Origin: an uncultured virus (IMG/VR IMGVR_UViG_3300031758_009234)
Taxonomy: Duplodnaviria > Heunggongvirae > Uroviricota > Caudoviricetes
Strand: one strand, 5' to 3'
IMG/VR virus record: IMGVR_UViG_3300031758_009234
Coordinates: 1-64,000 of that record
Length of the DNA stretch: 64,000 bases
Position numbers and translations under genes: made by a program
Shown here: positions 59,036 to 64,000 of the stretch, piece after piece
Numbering within the stretch: the stretch's first letter is position 1
Layout of the letters: each line of letters starts with the position of its first letter
Notes under the pieces: model-generated
Told to the model about the DNA's origin: nothing
The model's input: the letters and a program-made list of their open reading frames with translations, nothing else
Databases searched by the model: none

Positions 59036-59320
59036 TTAAAAACTTCTAAAATCTTTTACACCACCTATATTCTGTAAAATTGGTGAGCTATTTTTAATTG
59101 ATGGTTTGGAACTAACTGTAATCACATCATCTAAACCTAAACTAGACTTCATCAAGTCTGGATACTTTGTAAAGTAATCCGTTAAGAATTTAATATTCTC
59201 TTCCTCTGATTTATCATTATCCCAAAGATGTCCAAGATTTTGTTTATTTGTTTCAATATAATCAACAACTTCTTTATTAATAACTGGATTCCAATTAGAC
59301 CACTCAACTATATACTTCAT
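59036..59320 (-). CDS. hypothetical late protein
   Basis: TTAATATATA upstream; MKYIVEW. Confidence 0.65.
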   Translation of the reverse strand: MKYIVEWSNWNPVINKEVVDYIETNKQNLGHLWDNDKSEEENIKFLTDYFTKYPDLMKSSLGLDDVITVSSKPSIKNSSPILQNIGGVKDFRSF

Positions 59321-59363
59321 ATTTTATATATTAAACTTTCAATATTGAAATTCTATAAATGAT

Positions 59364-60230
59364 ATGAACACATTATATGGGATGGTTACACTTAAAGTAA
59401 CCAATGAATATGCGGATAAAGCGGTTGATTCATTTTTGAGAAATACTTATTTAGAACCAGGTGACAGATTTATAATGATTGATAATGATGGTGATTTTAA
59501 ATCAAATTGGAATAATGGTAGAATAAAAGAAGAAGATATTATAGTAAATAGTAAAATTGAAAATTTTTCTCATAACATGAATATTCTTATGAGAATTGCG
59601 GTTGAAGAAGAAAAAAACCTTATCTTCATGAGTAATGATGTTATCTTTACTCCAAATTGGTCAAAGTTATTGGGGAATAGTGATTATATACTAACTGTTC
59701 CATCTTGTAATCAAACACATACCGATTTGGGAATACCTGGATTTTTATCACTAAATGACTTTAATGAAAGATATGATATACTAAATCAGATATCAGAACA
59801 CGTTAATAAACAACCATCTTACTTTCAAAGAATGCTAATGGCTTTTTATGTTTGTAGAATACCACTAAAGATAATAAAAGAAGTTGGTGAGTATGATGAA
59901 ATGTTTACCGTTGGTGGTGAAGATGTTGATTATAGACTAAGATGTTTAATGAAAGGTTTTGGTGTCACTTATACACCATCATTCCTATTACATTTTAATG
60001 GAAAATCTTCTTGGAATGGAGTTGAAAATACACAACAAATAAAAGAAAGAGAATATAAGTACACAATGCAATTTATATCTAAATGGGGATTAGATTTAAA
60101 AGATCTTTGTTTAGTTAATACTGATGTTATGAGAGTTGTAAATAAATATAACCTATACAACTTTATGAACGAAGGTAACTATAATGGTTTACTATTATAT
60201 GTCATAAATAAAACAAGTATGTCAAAATGA
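59364..60230 (+). CDS. glycosyltransferase family 2-like
   Basis: IDND, MSNDVIF, VGEYDE..GGEDVDY..LHFNGKS. Confidence 0.8.
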   Translation: MNTLYGMVTLKVTNEYADKAVDSFLRNTYLEPGDRFIMIDNDGDFKSNWNNGRIKEEDIIVNSKIENFSHNMNILMRIAVEEEKNLIFMSNDVIFTPNWSKLLGNSDYILTVPSCNQTHTDLGIPGFLSLNDFNERYDILNQISEHVNKQPSYFQRMLMAFYVCRIPLKIIKEVGEYDEMFTVGGEDVDYRLRCLMKGFGVTYTPSFLLHFNGKSSWNGVENTQQIKEREYKYTMQFISKWGLDLKDLCLVNTDVMRVVNKYNLYNFMNEGNYNGLLLYVINKTSMSK

Positions 60231-60259
60231 CATATAAATTAAAGTGGCACACAATTTGA
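60220..60259 (+). promoter_or_regulatory. TGTCA-AAA-TGACA box plus sigma54-like TGGCAC..TTTGA upstream of dnaK
   Basis: TGTCAAAATGACA-N12-TGGCACACAATTTGA. Confidence 0.6.
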
Positions 60260-60289
60260 CAATGTATAAATAAAAAACAAAAATAAAAT

Positions 60290-62170
60290 ATGGCAAAAGA
60301 CGTAATTATTGGAATTGACTTAGGAACAACTAACTCGTGTGTAGCAGTAGTTGAAGGTGGTGAACCAATCGTAATCAGTAATGCTGAAGGTAAAAGAACA
60401 ACTCCTTCTATTATTTCATTTACAGAAAATGATAGAAAGATTGGTGATCCAGCAAAAAGACAAGCGGTTACTAACCCTAAAAAAACTATCTACTCAATTA
60501 AAAGATTTATTGGTAAAGATTTTAATGTTTGTAAAGATGAGGTAACTAGAGTACCTTATGAAGTAGTTTCAAACGGAGCTAATGTACCTACTGTTAAAAT
60601 CGATGATAGAAATTATACTCCACAGGAGTTATCAGCAATGATTCTTCAAAAGATGAAGAAAACAGCTGAAGATTATTTAGGATATGAAGTGAAAAGAGCG
60701 GTTATTACCGTACCAGCTTACTTCGGTGATGCTGAGAGAACTGCAACTATTGAGGCTGGTGAAATCGCTGGTTTAAAAGTTGAAAGAATTATCAACGAAC
60801 CTACAGCAGCGGCTTTAGCGTATGGTTTAGATAAGAAAAACACAGACTCTAAAATTTTAGTATTTGACTGTGGTGGTGGTACTCATGACGTTTCTGTGTT
60901 AGAGATTGGTGATGGTGTATTTGAAGTAAAATCTACTGACGGTGATACTCACTTAGGTGGTGACGACTTTGATAATGCAATTATTACTTGGATGGTTGAA
61001 GAATTCAAATCTGAAAACTCTATGGATTTATCAAAAGATCCTATGGCTTTACAAAGATTGAAAGATGCGGCTGAAAAAGCTAAAATTGAATTATCTTCTA
61101 CATCTGAAAGTGAAATTAACTTACCTTACATCACAGCTAGAGACGGAATGCCTCTTCACTTTGTTAAGAAATTAACTAAGGCTAAATTTGAACAATTAAC
61201 TTCATCTTTAGTTGATAGAGCTATCAGTTGTGCTAAATCAGCTTTGAAAAACGCAGGTTTAAAACCAGCTGATATTGACGAAGTTATCTTAGTAGGTGGT
61301 TCTACAAGAATTCCAGCAATTCAAGATGCTATTGAAAGTTATATTGGTAAGAAACCAAACAAATCCGTGAACCCTGATGAAGTTGTTGCTTTAGGTGCGG
61401 CTATTCAAGGAGCTGTTTTAACCGGTGGTATTACTGACGTTTTACTTTTAGATGTTACTCCACTTTCTTTAGGTATTGAAACAATGGGTGGTGTGTTTAC
61501 TAAATTAATTGAAGCAAACACTACTATTCCAACTAAGAAAAGTGAAACATTCTCAACAGCATCCGATAATCAACCTTCAGTAGAATTACACGTTTTACAA
61601 GGTGAAAGAGCGATGGCTAAAGACAACCGAACTTTAGGTCGTTTCCACTTAGATGGTATCATGCCAGCTCCAAGAGGAATTCCTCAAATCGAGGTGACTT
61701 TTGATATAGATGCTAATGGTATCTTATCTGTACACGCTAAAGATAAGGCAACTGGTAAAGAAAATAAAATCCGTATCGAAGGTGGTTCTCAATTAACTAA
61801 AGAAGAAATTGAGAAAATGAAAGCTGAGGCTGAGGCAAATGCTGAAGCAGATGCTAAAGAAAGAGAGTTAGTTGATAAAATAAACTCAGCAGACTCAATG
61901 ATTTTCCAAACCGAAAAACAAATTAAAGAGTTTGATGAAAAATTAACAGCTGATGATAAGAATGCTTTGAACGCTGACCTTGACGAATTGAAGAAAGCTC
62001 ATTCCGATAAAGATGTTCAAAGAATTGATGAATCAATCAGTAAGTTAAACTCGACTTGGAATACAATTTCAACTAAGTTGTATGAACAAAGTCAAACTGA
62101 ACAAACAACAGAAAATACTTCCAGTGGTAATGATGGAGTAGATGATGTTGATTTTGAAGAAGTAAAATAA
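60290..62170 (+). CDS. dnaK: DnaK/Hsp70
   Basis: [38 protein letters not shown]. Confidence 0.98.
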   Translation: MAKDVIIGIDLGTTNSCVAVVEGGEPIVISNAEGKRTTPSIISFTENDRKIGDPAKRQAVTNPKKTIYSIKRFIGKDFNVCKDEVTRVPYEVVSNGANVPTVKIDDRNYTPQELSAMILQKMKKTAEDYLGYEVKRAVITVPAYFGDAERTATIEAGEIAGLKVERIINEPTAAALAYGLDKKNTDSKILVFDCGGGTHDVSVLEIGDGVFEVKSTDGDTHLGGDDFDNAIITWMVEEFKSENSMDLSKDPMALQRLKDAAEKAKIELSSTSESEINLPYITARDGMPLHFVKKLTKAKFEQLTSSLVDRAISCAKSALKNAGLKPADIDEVILVGGSTRIPAIQDAIESYIGKKPNKSVNPDEVVALGAAIQGAVLTGGITDVLLLDVTPLSLGIETMGGVFTKLIEANTTIPTKKSETFSTASDNQPSVELHVLQGERAMAKDNRTLGRFHLDGIMPAPRGIPQIEVTFDIDANGILSVHAKDKATGKENKIRIEGGSQLTKEEIEKMKAEAEANAEADAKERELVDKINSADSMIFQTEKQIKEFDEKLTADDKNALNADLDELKKAHSDKDVQRIDESISKLNSTWNTISTKLYEQSQTEQTTENTSSGNDGVDDVDFEEVK

Positions 62171-62229
62171 TTTAAAAAAGTCCTTGAGAAATCAAGGACT
62201 TTTTTATTATATTTATATAAAATTATTAT

Positions 62230-62619
62230 ATGGAAACAAGAACCGCTAAATTAGCAGCAACCGCTCTTATCTTTAACGAAGATAAATCTAAACTATTAGG
62301 TGTATCAAGAAAAGATGATACAACTAAATTTGGATTACCTGGAGGTAAAGTAGATGTTGGTGAAACATTATATGACGCTTTAGTTAGAGAATTAAAAGAA
62401 GAAACAGGATTAGATGTAAACTCAGCAAAACCAATTTTCTTTAGAGAAGATGGTGATTTTGTTGCTGTTGTTTATTTAGTAACTGATTGGTCTGGTGAAG
62501 TTTCAACAACCGAAAAGGGAGTTGTTAAGTGGATTACTTTTGAGGATTTAAAACACGGTGCTTTTTCTGAATATAATACTATGTTAGAAGAACATTTAAG
62601 GTTTATCAAACTTTTATAA
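62230..62619 (+). CDS. NUDIX hydrolase
   Basis: [23 protein letters not shown]udix box. Confidence 0.92.
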   Translation: METRTAKLAATALIFNEDKSKLLGVSRKDDTTKFGLPGGKVDVGETLYDALVRELKEETGLDVNSAKPIFFREDGDFVAVVYLVTDWSGEVSTTEKGVVKWITFEDLKHGAFSEYNTMLEEHLRFIKLL

Positions 62620-62658
62620 TAAAAAATTTAATATATAATAAAAAATTATTATATTTAC

Positions 62659-63153
62659 ATGAAATACATCAAAAGATTTAAAGTCAACGAAAATATGAGC
62701 GGTAAGAAAATTGTTTACGTAGATATGGACGACACTCTTTGTGATTTTACAGGTCCTTTTAGAAGTGGTCAACAAAATACAGAGGCTTCAGAGGATGAAC
62801 CAATTAGAAAGTGGCCTCAGTCAAAAGTTGGTTTTTTCTTAGGTTTACAACCACTACCAGGAGCAATCGAAGGAATGAATACCTTGATGTCTAAGTATGA
62901 TGTTTGGATTTTAACTAGACCATCTATTAAAAACATTCACTGTTATACCGAAAAAGCTGAATGGATTAAGAAATATTTTGGTGAAAAAATGTTAGAGAAT
63001 ATGATTATTTGTCCAAATAAATCCCTTGTTAAAGGAGACTACTTAATTGATGATGATACAAGACATGGTCAAGTTGAATTTGAAGGAGAACATATTCATT
63101 TTGGTAAGGAAAAATTTCCTAATTGGGATTCAGTTATAGAATACTTAATGTAA
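62659..63153 (+). CDS. 5'(3')-deoxyribonucleotidase (HAD) with an N-terminal leader
   Basis: MKYIKRFKVNE then VYVDMDDTLCDF, EKAEWI, GDYLIDD. Confidence 0.88.
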   Translation: MKYIKRFKVNENMSGKKIVYVDMDDTLCDFTGPFRSGQQNTEASEDEPIRKWPQSKVGFFLGLQPLPGAIEGMNTLMSKYDVWILTRPSIKNIHCYTEKAEWIKKYFGEKMLENMIICPNKSLVKGDYLIDDDTRHGQVEFEGEHIHFGKEKFPNWDSVIEYLM

Positions 63154-63365
63154 TGTTTATTTATTGTATAAATAATCGAGGTTTGGAGAAATATCTAACC
63201 ATCAATAAAAAATATGAAAATATTGAAGATTTTGTAGAAATTGATGAAGATTTTAACTGGTATAGAATTATCAATGATAAAAACATATCAGGAACATATG
63301 ATAAATCAAGATTTGTGACAGTTGATAAGTGGAGAGAAATTCAATTAAATAAATTATTAAAATAA
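63153..63365 (+). CDS. small protein, C-terminal tag family
   Basis: Ends WREIQLNKLLK. Confidence 0.65.
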   Translation: MFIYCINNRGLEKYLTINKKYENIEDFVEIDEDFNWYRIINDKNISGTYDKSRFVTVDKWREIQLNKLLK

Positions 63366-63403
63366 AAAAACCCAACTTTTTCAAGTTGGGTTTTTTTCAT
63401 TTA

Positions 63404-64000
63404 TTACCATTCATCATCATCATCATCTCCATCGCCATAAGAATCATCTTCACCATATCCTTCCCACGTACCATCAGTATGTTGACAATATCTAATTCTA
63501 TCTTCATTTAAACCTTCAATATCGCTATCGTTAGCAGCTTTATTATTTTCAACATCAATACAATACATAGTATCCATATAAGGATACATATCAAACTCAG
63601 CTCTATCTAAATCACAAACAATATCTGGTCTAGTAATCGTTCTTGATCCATTAGAAATATCTCTACCCCCGTATCCTTGATTTGTTTTATAAAAGAATCC
63701 TTCTTTTTCAGCGAATTGTTTGAATAATTCCGTATCACTTTCATAAGCTGTGTAAATTCTATCCATAAAATCTACTTTTTCACCATTGACAGTACAGTTT
63801 CTCCAAAGAATTGCTCTACCTTTAATTTTATTAGATTGATAAACACCATCAACAACTTCACCTTCATCCGAATAAAGTATAACTAATTCAACATTTTCAT
63901 TATCACAATAAATTGCTAACTTTGTTCTACTAGCACTTTTCATACAAGAATTATTTAATGAACCACCACCACTTACATATCTCAAACCATTATACCAGTG
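63404..64000 (-). CDS. conserved phage hypothetical protein (5' end outside the window)
   Basis: GSLNNSCM, GRAILW, FMDRIYT, PYMDT motifs. Confidence 0.7.
   Translation of the reverse strand, partial: HWYNGLRYVSGGGSLNNSCMKSASRTKLAIYCDNENVELVILYSDEGEVVDGVYQSNKIKGRAILWRNCTVNGEKVDFMDRIYTAYESDTELFKQFAEKEGFFYKTNQGYGGRDISNGSRTITRPDIVCDLDRAEFDMYPYMDTMYCIDVENNKAANDSDIEGLNEDRIRYCQHTDGTWEGYGEDDSYGDGDDDDDEW

Noticed and set aside
60290..62170. Bacterial chromosome origin suggested by dnaK, dnaJ, grpE, clpC and glf
   Set aside because: These genes are interspersed with T4-like UvsX, gp32, gp13/gp14, many homing endonucleases and phage-specific promoter motifs.
1..64000. Alternative genetic code (stop-codon reassignment, as in some jumbo phages)
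   Set aside because: Long conserved genes (dnaK, clpC, nrdB, structural genes) are intact in the standard code, and TAG and TGA both end genes at sensible positions.

Overview
This 64 kb window is an AT-rich, gene-dense segment of a large T4-like (jumbo) dsDNA phage genome read in the standard genetic code. The host is very probably a Bacteroidota: many TTTG-N19/20-TAnnTTTG promoters, an Hc1-like protein and no Shine-Dalgarno sites. T4-like core genes: UvsX/RecA, gp32-like SSB, gp13- and gp14-like neck proteins, a tail-tube-like protein and NrdB. Host-like modules: DnaK/DnaJ/GrpE/ClpC, a roughly 8.5 kb glycan-modification cluster, an RNA end-healing and ligation kit, GMP reductase/IMPDH and MgtC. 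There are about 8 free-standing homing endonucleases plus a LAGLIDADG intein in a flavoprotein. Less ordinary signals: (1) a structured, terminator-ended intergenic element complementary in two pieces to 23S rRNA helices 69-71; (2) a second promoter/terminator-bounded element that joins tmRNA-like 5' and 3' end sequences; (3) about 11 unrelated small proteins sharing a C-terminal R-x-x-(K/R)-(I/L)-x-x-(I/L) tag, several apparently carrying capsid or prohead-protease fragments; (4) about 18 proteins with an N-terminal MKHL(K/R)KFNE-type leader resembling the T4 capsid-targeting sequence; (5) a homing endonuclease flanked by a duplicated RNA-ligase 5' end; (6) four classes of promoter motif. All functional calls come from recognising motifs by eye, not from database searches.
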